A stretch of DNA of 64,000 bases, from assembly GCF_001194135.2 (NCBI RefSeq), contig NC_068987.1, forward strand, positions 25,305,609-25,369,608. Direction: 5' to 3'. The translations under genes were made by a program, and so were the position numbers. The stretch is from Octopus bimaculoides (lineage: Eukaryota). Shown here one piece after another: positions 63,995-64,000 of the stretch. Each line of letters opens with the position of its first letter. Positions within the stretch are counted from its first letter, which is position 1. The notes under the pieces are model-generated. The model saw only the letters and a list, made by a program, of their open reading frames with translations. It ran no database searches and was not told where the DNA came from.

Positions 63995-64000
63995 TATATA
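63590..64000. repeat. (TA)n-dominated compound microsatellite
   Basis: Directly visible to the end of the window. Confidence 0.97.

Overview
This window is eukaryotic, AT-rich, repeat-dense DNA with 15 assembly gaps, most of them flanked by microsatellites. The SINE repertoire resembles what I recall of octopus (coleoid cephalopod) genomes; that assignment is pattern recall, not a database result. I found no complete protein-coding gene, true tRNA/rRNA gene or CRISPR array. Most long ORFs in the supplied track are artefacts of N-gaps or microsatellites. Supported content: (i) dozens of tRNA-headed SINE copies from at least four module combinations, several with perfect 11-15 bp TSDs; (ii) a fossil DD37D (maT-type) Tc1/mariner transposase at 43.8-45.0 kb; (iii) two 3' fragments of a restriction-like-endonuclease non-LTR retrotransposon; (iv) a decayed Penelope-like element at 62.6-63.4 kb; (v) two kinds of MITE; (vi) many micro- and minisatellites, one with a 123-bp higher-order repeat; (vii) a few isolated candidate exons, the best being a 54-nt exon at 33586-33639 with branch point, acceptor and donor. 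The most interesting signals are several dispersed minimal hammerhead-ribozyme-like motifs (40362-40410, 62617-62669, degenerate at 58903-58936), combinatorial head/core/tail shuffling among the SINEs, and fold-back structures that could form dsRNA. None of these is demonstrated to be a new biological system.
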